From an uncultured Odoribacter sp. (lineage in GTDB: Bacteria > Bacteroidota > Bacteroidia > Bacteroidales > Marinifilaceae): 64,000 bases of DNA. The translations under genes were made by a program, and so were the position numbers. The stretch is from assembly GCA_902461525.1 (NCBI GenBank), contig CABPYD010000001.1:246835-310834 (forward strand), written 5' to 3'. A model generated the notes under the pieces. That model did not search any database. It saw only the letters and a program-made list of their open reading frames with translations, and was not told the origin of the DNA. This document shows, piece by piece, positions 46,653 to 58,400 of the stretch; positions within the stretch are counted from its first letter, which is position 1; every line of letters begins with the position of its first letter.

Positions 46653-48857
46653 TCAGAATACCTGATAAGGTTCTCCTGTAATGTTCAGGGTGATGAATTT
46701 TCCATCAGTGTAACGGGGTTGACCGCCACCGATATGAATTTCTATATTTCCGGCTTCCTCTGTCAGGTTTCCATCCGTTTGAGTCAAGGCTAAGTCTTCT
46801 GGCGTGAGCCGGAAGGTTACTTGCTGTTCTTCTCCGGCTTTTAGATGGATGCGCCGGAAACCTTTCAGAGCACATAGCGGAATTTGACGTACGCCATCTT
46901 GGGAATGAACAACGTAAAGCTGCACAACTTCATCGCCATCTCGTTTGCCGGTATTTTTTACGATAGTGCTTACCTCAACGGTTTCTCCTGTAGTTATTTT
47001 GGGGGGGCATTGAGGCTGACTGTAAGCAAAAGTAGTATAACTCAGGCCATATCCGAACGGATAGAGTGGTTCGCCTTTGAAATAACGGTAAGTGCGGTTG
47101 GCCATAGAGTAGTCTTCAAAAGGAGGCAGGTCTGCATCGCTCTGATAGGTTGTCAGCGGCATACGTCCGGCCGGGTTATATTCACCGAAAAGTACGTCAA
47201 CAATAGCATCTCCTCCTGCCTGTCCGCCATACCATGCCTGCAATATGGCATCGGCCTGCTCGCTTTCCCATTCGAAGCTCATCACAGAACCTGACATGTT
47301 TACAACGATTAGAGGCTTCCCTGTTTTTTTCAGTTCTTTCAGTAATTCAGTTTGTACTGCGGGAAGTTGTATGGTGGTGCGGTCACCGCCGTAAAATCCG
47401 GCCTGTCCTCCGTTTCCAGCGTCACCTTCTTCTCCTTCGAGCTCGGCATTGATACCTCCGACGTAAATAATGACATCTGATTTTTTAGCTTCTTTTGCAA
47501 TTTCCGGGAATGAAAGGCTGTCTTTCAGTTTGTCCACAAAACCTACTCCTTGCCGGTAATTAATCTGTATCCGGTTGCCGAAACGTTTTTGTAAACTCTT
47601 GTAAGGTGTAATAATTTCGGTCGGTCTGCCAAAATAATTTGCCAGCAAGGTTTGTTCATTATTGGCATTCGGGCCAATCAGGGCAATGCGTTTGATTTTG
47701 GAAGCTTTTAAGGGTAATATTTGTTTTTTGTTTTTTAACAATACCATGGATTCTTGTGCCATCCGGTAAGCGTGTTGTTTATGGGTTTCACATTCAATAA
47801 CTTCTCTGCCGATAGAAGCATAGGGAACACGGTCGGCGGGATCGAACATTCCGATCTTGAATAAGATGGTAAAAAGGCGGGTGAGTGAAACATTGATATT
47901 ACGTTCCGACAGATAACCTTTCTTCACTCCCTGTTCGAGTAAGTGGTACAGATTCCCGCATTCGAGGTCAGTACCTGCCAACATAGCGTCGCTTACTGCT
48001 GCAGTATTGTCGGTATGTGTTTTATGATGGCTTTTGAAATCGCTGACAGCCCAGCAATCTGAGGTGACGTATCCTGTAAATCCCCATTGGTTGCGTAGGA
48101 TGTCAGTCAGTAAACGGTTGCTTCCGCAGCAAGGCTGCCCGTCCAGGCGATTATAGGCACACATCACACCATGTACTTTGGCTTGGGTGACTAAAGTCCG
48201 GAAAGCTGGCAAATAAGTGTCCCACAAATCAAAAGCTGAGGGACGAGCGTCATAGGTATGGCGACTTGTTTCCGGTCCGCTGTGTACGGCGTAATGTTTG
48301 GCACAAGCCACAGATTTCAGATAGTGTGGGTCGTTACCTTCTAATCCCCGGACAATGGCTGAACCCATTTGTGCAGTCAGGTAGGGATCTTCACCATATG
48401 TTTCATGTCCCCGGCCCCAACGGGGATCCCGGAAAATGTTGATGTTGGGGGTCCAGTAGGTCAGACCCCGGTAAATGGTCCCTGTTTTTCCGGCTTTCAA
48501 GTCCTCGTTGAAAATAGCCCTTCCTTCGCTGGCGGTGATATCTCCCATTTTTTGAATGGCTTCTGTATCGAAAGTAGCTGCCATTCCGATGGCCTGTGGA
48601 AATACCGTTACTTTTTCTTGGGTACGGGCAACACCATGTAAGGCTTCGTTCCACCAGTTGTAGGCCGGAATTCCCAAACGAGGGACAGCTGCCGCCTGAT
48701 GTTTCATCATTTGTACTTTTTCGTGCAAAGTCAATCGCGAAATGAGGTCTTTCACTCTTTCTTCTACAGGGAGATCCGGATTCCGGAAGGGATAGGTTTG
48801 CGCCTGTACCATCATGCTCAGACAACATCCTAAAAGAAATAGATTAAATTTTTTCAT
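46653..48857 (-). CDS. GH3 family glycoside hydrolase (beta-xylosidase/beta-glucosidase type), periplasmic; last gene of the xylose operon
   Basis: This is the C-terminal 734 codons of the 1265-codon ORF, beginning at the in-frame 'MKKFNLFLLGCCLSMMVQAQ' signal peptide. 'YNWWNEALHGV', 'GFTGYVTSDCWAV', 'KHYAVHSGPE' and the C-terminal FnIII-like 'YGLSYTTFAYS' are GH3 motifs of the Xyl3A/BglX type. Confidence 0.75.
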   Translation of the reverse strand: MKKFNLFLLGCCLSMMVQAQTYPFRNPDLPVEERVKDLISRLTLHEKVQMMKHQAAAVPRLGIPAYNWWNEALHGVARTQEKVTVFPQAIGMAATFDTEAIQKMGDITASEGRAIFNEDLKAGKTGTIYRGLTYWTPNINIFRDPRWGRGHETYGEDPYLTAQMGSAIVRGLEGNDPHYLKSVACAKHYAVHSGPETSRHTYDARPSAFDLWDTYLPAFRTLVTQAKVHGVMCAYNRLDGQPCCGSNRLLTDILRNQWGFTGYVTSDCWAVSDFKSHHKTHTDNTAAVSDAMLAGTDLECGNLYHLLEQGVKKGYLSERNINVSLTRLFTILFKIGMFDPADRVPYASIGREVIECETHKQHAYRMAQESMVLLKNKKQILPLKASKIKRIALIGPNANNEQTLLANYFGRPTEIITPYKSLQKRFGNRIQINYRQGVGFVDKLKDSLSFPEIAKEAKKSDVIIYVGGINAELEGEEGDAGNGGQAGFYGGDRTTIQLPAVQTELLKELKKTGKPLIVVNMSGSVMSFEWESEQADAILQAWYGGQAGGDAIVDVLFGEYNPAGRMPLTTYQSDADLPPFEDYSMANRTYRYFKGEPLYPFGYGLSYTTFAYSQPQCPPKITTGETVEVSTIVKNTGKRDGDEVVQLYVVHSQDGVRQIPLCALKGFRRIHLKAGEEQQVTFRLTPEDLALTQTDGNLTEEAGNIEIHIGGGQPRYTDGKFITLNITGEPYQVF

Positions 48858-50450
48858 TTTTTTCCATATTTTTTCAATGTTTTCTAAACTGCGTCCTTTG
48901 GTTTCCGGTACCATTTTCCATACAAAAATGGCGGCCAGTATACCCATTATACCATAAATCCAATAAGCAAATCCGTGGTGAAACAGGTGAGTCAAAGTAG
49001 CATTCTCATTCATGATCGGGAATGTCCAGGAGACAACCAGATTGGCCAGCCATTGTACAGCTACGGCTATAGACATGGCTCCTCTCACACTGTTGGGAAA
49101 AATTTCAGCCAACAGTACCCAGGCGACTGGTCCCCACGACATGGCAAATGATGCCGTGTATATAAGCATAAAAATAAGAGATCCGATTCCCACGCTATTC
49201 AGATAGAAAGTCAGTCCCAGGGCGAACATACTGATGGCCATACCTATGGCACCGACGATCATCAGAGGTTTGCGGCCAAAACGATCGACGGTCAGGATGG
49301 CGACTACAGTGAAAGATAGGTTAATGATTCCGACAATGATGGTTTGTAATAAGGATGCATCTGTACCGGCTCCCATCGTACGGAAAATTTCAGGAGCATA
49401 GTATAATACCACATTGATCCCGACGGCCTGTTGGAAAAAGGAAATCAGCATTCCGATTCCAATCACTAAAGCTCCGAATGAGAGCCAATGGGCATTTTTC
49501 CCGTTCAGGCTATCACGGATCTGGAAGATTTCTTCGCGGGCGACCTGTTCTCCATATAAACGGGTCAACACACGGGTTGCTCCTGTTTCATTGCCTTTCA
49601 GCATCAGAAAACGAGGGGTCTTGGGTACCCAGAATAACAACACGAAAAACAGGATACAGGGTAACAATTCTGATGCAAACATCCAGCGCCAGCCGATTGT
49701 ATCCAGCCAGTTGGTATCTCCTTGACCTGCAATGTAATAATTGACGAAATAAACCACCAACATACCGAATATAATGGCAAATTGGTTGAGTGATACCAAT
49801 TGTCCACGCATTTTTGCGGGGGCAATTTCGGCAATATACATAGGTGAAAGCATGGAAGCTATTCCAACTCCGATGCCACCAATGATACGGTAGAAAATCA
49901 GGGAGCTGATCATTTCCACTCCCAGAAAATTGAGTTTGTCCGGAATGGCTGAGCCTAAAGCTGATATTGTAAAAAGCAGGGCTGCTACGATTAAACCCTG
50001 TTTACGGCCAATACTTCCGCTGATACTTCCTCCCAATGCTCCACCGATAATACAGCCCACTAAAGCACTTGAAATCGTGAAACCTTTGATGGAGCTCGCC
50101 ATCGTTTCCGTAAGTACGTTAGGTTGATCCCAGAATTGAAAATACCATACGATCAGGCTCAGAATGATCAGGAAGATGGTATAGACAGCCCCTTTACAGG
50201 TATTATATAGTTTTGTCAAAAAAGAACTAGCCAGTATAACCAATACTACCACACAAAGACTAATGATAATTTTATATTCAAAGATTACTTCCCGGGCCAT
50301 ACCGGTATCTTGAAATAGAGGCTTTATGAAAAAATTATCGAGTGCTCCGGTTGTTCCCGAAATCACGGCGGTGTCATACCCGAAAAGCAAACCGCCTAAG
50401 GCTGCCACCAGCGTGATCCCAAAAATCAAAAATTTGTTTTGTTGATTCAT
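48858..50450 (-). CDS. MFS sugar porter (D-xylose:H+ symporter XylE-like)
   Basis: An ATG at 50450 opens 'LFGYDTAVISG'. 'GRKQGL', 'PETKGRSLENIEKIW' and a 12-TM composition are classic sugar-porter motifs. The reading frame continues without a stop into the GH3 gene through an A7 tract (see findings). Confidence 0.75.
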
Positions 50451-50475
50451 GATACCAATGATTCAAAAGATTCAT

Positions 50476-51792
50476 TTAAGCATACATATTCACAATAGCC
50501 TCATACAACTCTTGCTTACCGCTGGTTTGCCGGGGTTCACCCTGGCTGAGGGCATAATTGCGCAAGTCTTCCAGAGATAAAAGACCTGCTTCAAATTCTT
50601 TACCTTTGCCTTTGTCGAAAGAAGCATAACGATCTTTTAGCATCTGGCAGATTGGAGATTCTTCCAGGAGGCGGATGGCATTTTCCAGGGCACGGGCAAA
50701 AGCATCCATGCCGGCTATGTGGGCAATAAAAATGTCCTCCAGATCAGTGGAGTTCCGGCGGGTCCTGGCATCAAAATTTGTTCCTCCGGTTCCCAAACCT
50801 CCGTTCCGGACAATTTGTATCATTGCTTGTATCAATTCGTAGTTATCAATGGGGAATTGGTCGGTATCCCAGCCATTTTGATAATCTCCCCGGTTGGCGT
50901 CTATTGATCCCAGCATTCCTGCATCAACCGCACAGGCCAGTTCATGTTCAAAAGTATGTCCTGCAAGGGTAGCGTGATTGACTTCTATATTCACCTTAAA
51001 ATCTTTATCCAGACCGTGTGTCCTCAGGAAACCGATTACGGTTTCTGTATCCACGTCATACTGGTGTTTCATGGGTTCCATCGGTTTGGGTTCAATCAGG
51101 AAAGTTCCTTTAAACCCTTTAGCCCGGGCATAATCACGGGCTTTGGTCAACATCATGGCCAGATGTTCTTTTTCACGCTTCTGATCGGTATTCAGCAAGG
51201 ACATATAACCTTCCCGTCCTCCCCAGAATACGTAGTTTTCTCCTTCCAGGGCAATGGTAGCATCAATGGCATTTTTGATTTGTACGGCAGCCCGGGCAAC
51301 TACGTTGAAATCGGGATTCGTGGCTGCACCGTTCATGTAACGGGCATGCCCGAATACGTTGGCCGTTCCCCACAATAGTTTTATGCCGGTCTGTGCCTGT
51401 TTCTGTCTGGCATAGGCAACTATCTCTTTCAGATTGGCTTCGTATTCCCCGATGGTAGCTGCCTCTGCCACCAGGTCTACATCATGGAAACAATAGTATT
51501 CGATACCACATTTCTGCATAAATTCGAATCCGGCATCCATTTTATCTTTTGCTGCCTGTATGGGATCAGTTGCGCTATTCCAGGGAAAGGTTTTTGTACC
51601 GCCTCCAAACTGGTCAGTCCCTTCTGCACAAAGCGTATGCCACCAGGCCATCGAGAAACGTAACCAGTCTTTCATCTTTTTGCCGCCTACTATTTTTTCT
51701 GCTTCATAATAACGGAATGCAAGCGGATTTTTACTTTCTTTACCTTCAAATTGAATCTTACCGATTCCTGGAAAATATTCTTTTGTTGTCAT
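50476..51792 (-). CDS. xylA: Xylose isomerase
   Basis: The 438-aa protein begins '[31 protein letters not shown]' and carries 'FHDVDL' and 'WGGREGY', hallmarks of XylA. Confidence 0.9.
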   Translation of the reverse strand: MTTKEYFPGIGKIQFEGKESKNPLAFRYYEAEKIVGGKKMKDWLRFSMAWWHTLCAEGTDQFGGGTKTFPWNSATDPIQAAKDKMDAGFEFMQKCGIEYYCFHDVDLVAEAATIGEYEANLKEIVAYARQKQAQTGIKLLWGTANVFGHARYMNGAATNPDFNVVARAAVQIKNAIDATIALEGENYVFWGGREGYMSLLNTDQKREKEHLAMMLTKARDYARAKGFKGTFLIEPKPMEPMKHQYDVDTETVIGFLRTHGLDKDFKVNIEVNHATLAGHTFEHELACAVDAGMLGSIDANRGDYQNGWDTDQFPIDNYELIQAMIQIVRNGGLGTGGTNFDARTRRNSTDLEDIFIAHIAGMDAFARALENAIRLLEESPICQMLKDRYASFDKGKGKEFEAGLLSLEDLRNYALSQGEPRQTSGKQELYEAIVNMYA

Positions 51793-51843
51793 CGTTTTAT
51801 TGTTTATGTTTAAATATCATCGTGTTTGAGTGTTCTATGATCG

Positions 51844-53340
51844 TTAATCGTTACCTTGGACGCAGGTCCTTATCAGTCTTTTCCATCGTCCGTAAGCTTC
51901 CAGGTAAATTTCCTTTCCGCGGCTTTCCGGTTCCACGACAGCTTGTTTTTTCAGGGTAGCAAATGCTTCCCGGGGAGAACGGTAAATCCCGGCTCCGATT
52001 CCGGCTCCCCGTGCTGCGCCTGCGGCTCCGTCAGTGTCATATAGTTCAATCGTTGCACCGCTAACGTTTGCTAAGGCTTGCCGGAAAACGGGACTCAGAA
52101 ACATATTGGCTTGTCCGGCACGAATCACCCGGATAGCCATGCCCATCGATTTCATGATCTCCATCCCGTATTCAAAGGAAAAAACAATTCCTTCCTGAGC
52201 TGCACGAACCAGATCCGAACGGTGATGTGTGTTGAAATTGATACCATGAACGGAACAATTGGTTTGTTTGTTTTTTAGAATCCGTTCGGCTCCGTTGCCG
52301 AAAGGAATGATGGAAATCCCCCGAGCTCCCGGTACGGATTGGGCTGCCAGACGATTCATATCTTTGTAACTCATATTTTCAGAAACTATGTTTTTCCGCA
52401 TCCAGGAATTTAAAATTCCTGTTCCATTAATACATAACAATACGCCTAAGCGGATTTGCTCAGGAGTGTAATTGACATGGGCAAAGGTATTGACCCGGGA
52501 TTCCGGATCGTAGTTTACTTGTCCTAATACTCCATAAACGACACCGGAAGTTCCTGCTGTGGATGCTATTTCCCCGGGATGCAGTACATTGAGCGATAAA
52601 GCATTATTAGGCTGGTCACCTGCCCGGTAACAAACCGGAGTTCCGGTTTTCAGACCTAATTCTGCGGCTATACTTGCCGATACTTCTCCCTGATAACCGA
52701 AAACCGGACAGTGCCCTGGCAACTGTTGCCAGTCGAAGCCAAAATAGTTCATGATATCTTGCGACACTTCATTTTTTACGAAATCCCAAAAAATACCTTC
52801 CGATAATCCTTCTGTGGTGGTTGCTATTGTTCCTGTCAGTTTCATTGCGATATAATCGCCCGGTAGCATGAATTTGTCCGTTTGTTCATAAAGCTCTGGT
52901 TCGTTTTCCTTTACCCAGGCTAGTTTGGCTGCTGTAAAATTGCCCGGAGAATTTAATAAGTGCTGAAGGCATTTTTCTTTACCGATTGTCCGGAAAGCTT
53001 TTTCTCCGTAAGCTACGGCCCGGCTGTCACACCAGATGATGGAGGGACGCAAAACTTGCTGTTTCCGGTTGACCAATACCAATCCGTGCATTTGCCAGGA
53101 TATACCGATGGCTTTGATCGCTTCACCTTTTATACCCGATTTTCTCATCACTGACTGATGGGCCAGTTTCAGGTTCTCCCACCATACTTCAGGTTGTTGT
53201 TCTGCCCAACCGGGATAGGGAGCCTGAATTGCCATTTCTGTTTTCGGATAAAAGTCCGATGCGACAATATGTCCCGTCTCAACCTCTACTAAACAGGCTT
53301 TTACTGAGGAACTGCCTATATCATAACCCAATAGATACAT
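51844..53340 (-). CDS. xylB: Xylulokinase (FGGY carbohydrate kinase)
   Basis: 'MYLLGYDIGSSSVKACLV', 'GTSGVVYGV' and 'GGAGARGAGIGAGI' are present, and it sits in xylose-operon context. Confidence 0.8.
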   Translation of the reverse strand: MYLLGYDIGSSSVKACLVEVETGHIVASDFYPKTEMAIQAPYPGWAEQQPEVWWENLKLAHQSVMRKSGIKGEAIKAIGISWQMHGLVLVNRKQQVLRPSIIWCDSRAVAYGEKAFRTIGKEKCLQHLLNSPGNFTAAKLAWVKENEPELYEQTDKFMLPGDYIAMKLTGTIATTTEGLSEGIFWDFVKNEVSQDIMNYFGFDWQQLPGHCPVFGYQGEVSASIAAELGLKTGTPVCYRAGDQPNNALSLNVLHPGEIASTAGTSGVVYGVLGQVNYDPESRVNTFAHVNYTPEQIRLGVLLCINGTGILNSWMRKNIVSENMSYKDMNRLAAQSVPGARGISIIPFGNGAERILKNKQTNCSVHGINFNTHHRSDLVRAAQEGIVFSFEYGMEIMKSMGMAIRVIRAGQANMFLSPVFRQALANVSGATIELYDTDGAAGAARGAGIGAGIYRSPREAFATLKKQAVVEPESRGKEIYLEAYGRWKRLIRTCVQGND

Positions 53341-53351
53341 GATTGACTAAA

Positions 53352-54083
53352 TTATAAGGTTACTTTTCGTTTGTTGTATGATATCCGGTCGAATTTGTAT
53401 AGACGGGCGGCCCGGTGAGCCACTCCCTGTTCTTTTTCATCCAGAGGGACTACATACTCCATTCCTGCCATCTTTTTGTGGAAATTCCGTACATCACAAG
53501 TCTTATGATAAATAGTTTCATATAAATGACGTAAATCTGCTGCTGTAAACTTGGACGGAAGCAATTCGAACAAAATGGATGGTTCATATTCTCCCCAGGA
53601 CTGGACTTCTTCTAAAGCTTCCCTGACAATCTGATTGTGATCGAAAGGCATAGTGGGTAAAGCATTGACCGGAATCCAGTTGACCGATTTGTATTTAGAT
53701 ACGATGTTTAACTTCCGGTTAATTTTGCACAGTGATAAATAAGCAATTGTAATCAGCCGTTCGATATGATGATGATATTCCACTTCCAGCCAAAGCCGGT
53801 CAGCCGGACTGGAGGTACGTTGCAGGGAGGTGAAACTTTTAAATTGCCGTAAAGCCATTTTACGTATTCCGGTTAGTTCATATAATACCCGTGCGGCGGC
53901 AGTGTCCGAATCTTCTTCCTGGTAGATCAGGCTTCCCGGTAGTTTCAATTTTTCTTCTCCTGCCGGAAAGTTTTTACGTTCCACCAATAATATGTTCAAT
54001 TGTTTTCCATCAAAACCCAAAATAACGCAATCGATTGAGACATAGGCTTGCATATATCCGTTGAACTTCGTTTCGTCTTCCAT
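53352..54083 (-). CDS. Nudix-related transcriptional regulator (NrtR-like; degenerate Nudix box + C-terminal winged helix), first gene of the xylose operon
   Basis: The Nudix-like stretch 'LPGSLIYQEEDSDTAAARVLYELTGI' has a degenerate REx2EE box. This gene order mirrors the known Bacteroides arrangement Nudix-family regulator / xylulokinase / xylose isomerase / xylose permease. Confidence 0.6.
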   Translation of the reverse strand: MEDETKFNGYMQAYVSIDCVILGFDGKQLNILLVERKNFPAGEEKLKLPGSLIYQEEDSDTAAARVLYELTGIRKMALRQFKSFTSLQRTSSPADRLWLEVEYHHHIERLITIAYLSLCKINRKLNIVSKYKSVNWIPVNALPTMPFDHNQIVREALEEVQSWGEYEPSILFELLPSKFTAADLRHLYETIYHKTCDVRNFHKKMAGMEYVVPLDEKEQGVAHRAARLYKFDRISYNKRKVTL

Positions 54084-54399
54084 ATGATGCTGCTTTTGAT
54101 GTTACAAACATAGAAAACCATTTATTTAAAAACAAATTTTTGGGGTGTTTTGTTGTATGTAATATATTGAAATACAATATATTAATATGTATTTGAAATA
54201 CAATAACTGTAAAGTGTGATATTGTCCGGACTACAATCAGAATCAAGGACAAAGAAACTAAAAAAAAGGATAATTTTCTTGCTCTATTTTACAATAAGAG
54301 TTAAAGGAAATGTATTGGTGTGAAGAGTTGAATTTGGTGTAGAGGAACGTAATCTTCCCTGTTGGTTCATCACAGGAAGCTGAAACAGGACTTATCTCG

Positions 54400-55287
54400 T
54401 TATGTCTTTTCCTGCCGTCTGTATGCTGAGGGAGTAATACCCATTATTTTAGTAAAAATACGTGAAAAATAGGCTGGTTCCTCAAATCCTACTTTAAGGG
54501 CGATTTCTGACAATTTCAGTGAGGTGAGTTCAATGTATTCACAGGCTTTACGGATCTTCAGCTGGATGTAATAGTTCATCGGAGGAACTCCTGTTTCTTT
54601 TTGGAAAAGAGCTGAAAAATGCGAAACGGAATAATTGAATGTGGTGGCCAGTTGCGATAAGGTTAAGTTAGCCCCCATGTTTTCCTGCATATAATGGATT
54701 ACTTGCATGGAAAAAGTCAGTTTATCCTTGTTGTTTGTCTTGTCATGCTTGAATTGTTCCGGCTGGATAAATGAAGAAAGAAAAGGGTAGAGGAACATAG
54801 AGGTTTGAATCATATATTCCTGGGTATAAGCCAGTGAGAAATTACTGTAAATTTCTTCAAAGAGTTCTAACCGGTCTTGTAACCGGGAATCCTGTCCGGG
54901 TAAAAGATATGAGGGGCCGGGCTTACCGGATAGAAAGTGTTGGGCTAACCGCCCCTGAAAATGGAGCCAGTAGATTGTCCAGGGATCCTGTTCATTTGCT
55001 CCGAAAACATAGGGTGTGTTTGGGGGAAGTAATATAAACTGACAGGCAGAAATCTGGTATTCTTTATCGTGGATTTTTATCCATCCTTTTCCTCCTGTAC
55101 AATAAATCAGCATATGATAATCGGTTCCCCGGTTTTTTTGGACATAATGATATTTCACTTTCGGAAAAAAACCTATTTTACGGACATATAATGCTTCCAC
55201 CAGAGGATGATGGCTGTATTTTTTTAACAGATCTTCCGGTAATGATAATAGACGCTGGCCCTTGAAACCTTCTTTGATTTTGATCAT
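54400..55287 (-). CDS. AraC-family transcriptional regulator (N-terminal cupin sensor + C-terminal dual HTH)
   Basis: The C-terminal 'LTLSQLATTFNYSVSHFSALFQKETGVPPMNYYIQLKIRKACEYIELTSLKLSEIALKVGFEEPAYFSRIFTKIMGITPSAYRR' is the AraC signature. The ORF opens at a TTG (55314) and the first ATG is at 55287. Confidence 0.75.
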   Translation of the reverse strand: MIKIKEGFKGQRLLSLPEDLLKKYSHHPLVEALYVRKIGFFPKVKYHYVQKNRGTDYHMLIYCTGGKGWIKIHDKEYQISACQFILLPPNTPYVFGANEQDPWTIYWLHFQGRLAQHFLSGKPGPSYLLPGQDSRLQDRLELFEEIYSNFSLAYTQEYMIQTSMFLYPFLSSFIQPEQFKHDKTNNKDKLTFSMQVIHYMQENMGANLTLSQLATTFNYSVSHFSALFQKETGVPPMNYYIQLKIRKACEYIELTSLKLSEIALKVGFEEPAYFSRIFTKIMGITPSAYRRQEKT

Positions 55288-55493
55288 AAATTTTGTGAAT
55301 ACTGCATGAAACAAAACTAAAAGGAATCAGAAAATAATGCAAGTAAATCGCCAAAAAGTGTGAATAAAAATACAAAATAGAGAAATAATTTTGTAAGAAA
55401 GAGAACGTTATGTCCGGCAGTAATCAGGATGGAACTTCTTTTGTGCCGGTGAAGGTGGGCTTATTGGGTTATGAAGAAAATGAGATTTGAGAT

Positions 55494-58400
55494 ATGAAGT
55501 ACTTTTCATTTATTTTGTTGTTTCAATTTGCAGTCTGGAATACTTATTCTGCGGATATCATCTTGTTTGAAGTGGGAAAACGGGATAGTTCAGCAGCTGA
55601 ATTTGCTTTATTCCCGGATCGGTATAAAAGTTTTCTGGCAGCTTTCGGCGGGGAAAAATCTTATTATGTCGGTTATTCATTACCGGAGAAAAACTGGCCT
55701 TATGTTTTGCCTGGGCCTCAGGATTCTTGGGCAGGCGGGGGATACTGGGCTGGTTATTATCCGAGGCATTTCCCTTCCTTGTATTTTCAGTTGGATAAGA
55801 CGGTAAAACAGGGAGATTGTCGGTTTGTGCTTTACTTTGCCGGGGCAAAGAAAAGTCGGGAGACCAGGATTCGCATTGAAATCAATGGGCATCGTTTTGA
55901 ACAGTCGATTGAAGGAGAGGATACGGAGGAGGTGTTGAATGGGAAGGTGAAAACCGGAGTATCCCGGGAAATTCAGCTGATTTTTCCGGTAAACTGGCTA
56001 CAAAAAGGAATAAACCGGATTCGGCTAGGGGCCGTAAAAGGACATTGGGTGTTAGTGGACGCTATGTGCCTGGAAGTTCCTGCAGGGGTACGTTTGGGAA
56101 AAGCTTCGGCTATTTTAGTACGTTCTGTTCAGGCTGCTCCTTTTGAATATGCGGGGGAAGATGACAAGCGGATTCAGCCTTTGCTGGTGGATATGACGAA
56201 ATTGGATCAATCGGGGGAGCTGACTTTCCGGGTGGATGGATTACCCGATCTGGTGCGTAGGGTAGAAAAGGGAGAGAGTATTCAGGAAATCCCCATGCCT
56301 GCACTGAATGGGGAAAAAGCCACCCGAACCCGTAAAATACGGATTTTTGCAGGAAAGGAACAGGTGTTTGAGGGATATATCACTCAATCCCGTCAGCCGC
56401 TTCATACTTATTCAGATAATGTCGATCTATTGATGGGTACTGGTAACTCGCGTTGGATGTTTAAGCCGGGTCCTTGCCTGCCGTTGAGTATGGTACAAAT
56501 TGCTCCTGATAATCAGGATGAAACATGGAAGGCTGGTTATGAATATACGGTGGAGAATATCATGGGGTTTAACCATATTAGCGATTGGACCATGACGGGT
56601 TTCCTGATGCAACCTACTTGTGGGGAATTGCAGGTGAATCCTGGGCGCGAGGAGTTTCCGGATGAGGGGTACCGTTCGCGTATTGATAAATCGACAGAAA
56701 AAGCAGAAGTAGGGAAATATTCGGTTTTTATGACGGATACGAAAATCAGGGCCGAGATCACCTCTACGCGCCGGGCTGCCATTCAGCGCTATACTTTTCC
56801 GCAACGGGAGGATGCCCGTATTATCATTGATTTATTTGCTCCTAATGAATATCCTCACAATTTGCTGGATGCTAAAGTGACTCGGGTCAGTAATACGGAA
56901 ATTGAAGGATATGCGACTTATTATAATGCTTTTACCGGTTATTCCCTGCAACAATATTATACGCTTTATTTTGTGTTGCAATTCAGTAAACCTTTTGACT
57001 CTATGGGGGGGTGGGTGAATGAAGGCGTGAAACCAGTAAACGGATATATAGGCGGATGGAACCGGAATCATCAGTTTGATACGCCGGCGGAAATTCATTT
57101 ACAGCTAGATAGTATCCGGGGAAAAGGTGATGCCGGGGTATTTGTGAACTATCGGACTACCGAAGGCGAGCAAATTCTGGTCCGTTCGGGTATTTCACTG
57201 GTAGATATGAATGGAGCACGTCATAATCTGGAACAGGAACTGACCGGACCTTTTGGATGGGATTTTGACCGGGTGGTAGAAAATGCCCGTTCTGTCTGGA
57301 ATGAGTATCTGGGCCGGGTGGAAATCAAGACAGACGATTATTTACAAAAGAAAAAATTCTATACTAATTTTTATCGGGCTTTGGCTGCTAAAGCAACCTG
57401 GAGTGATACAGATGGACGTTTCAGAGATGAGGACGAACAGATTTGCCGGTTGGAGAGTCCGGACGATTGTATTGTCAGTGGGGAATATTGGAATACTTTT
57501 TGGAACAATCAGCAATTATTCAATTTGGTGGCTCCGGAGATTTCTTCGAAATGGGCACGTTCAGCTATTCGTTTATATCAGAATAGCGGTTGGTTTAATA
57601 CGGATCCTGCCGGGGTTGAACATACAGGAGTGATGGTAGCTATGCATCCTATCTCCCAGATTTTAGGAGCTTGGCAAAGCGGTATCCGTGATTTCGACTT
57701 AGAGATTGCTTATCAAGGATTGCGGAAAATGATGACTACTCCTCCCGAATGGTACAAAGGGGGAGGAACGGTAGGAGTAGAACATTTGGTACCTTACATG
57801 AAATATGGGTATATCCCTTACGGTAAAGGGACTGTTTCCAATACAATGGAATATGCTTATGATGATTGGTGTCTGGGACAAATGGCGCGGATATTGGGAA
57901 AAGATGAAGATTACCAGGTGTTTGATCAACGTTCGGAAAATTGGATGAATTTGTTTGACCCGCAAACGGGTTTTATCCGTCCCAAAGATTCCGAAGGACA
58001 TTGGATTGAGCCGTTTGACCCCTATCATACTCCGGGATTTACTGAAGGAAATGCTTTTAATTATTCGTGGTTTGTACCGCATAACCCGTGTAAGCTTATT
58101 CAGCTGGTAGGACAAGAACGTTTTGTGGAGCGTCTGAATCGTGCTATGGAACAATCAGCGCATGCTAATTTTAATGCTGCGGGAGATAATTTTGCTGAGT
58201 TTCCCATCAATCATGGTAATGAAACATCAATGGAGGTGGCCTGGCTTTTTAATTGGGCTGGTAAACCGCATTTAACACAAAAATGGGTAAGGGCTATCCA
58301 GGAACAGTATTACGGGGTGACACCTTATGATGCTTATCCTGGTGATGAAGATCTGGGACAAATGAGTGCCTGGTTTGTCATGAGTGCGCTTGGACTCTTT

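Noticed and set aside
54084-54399. Possible tRNA or small RNA gene in the 316-bp AT-rich spacer
   Set aside because: No cloverleaf-compatible arms or conserved tRNA boxes were seen. The region is better explained as a promoter/operator region for the xylose operon regulator.
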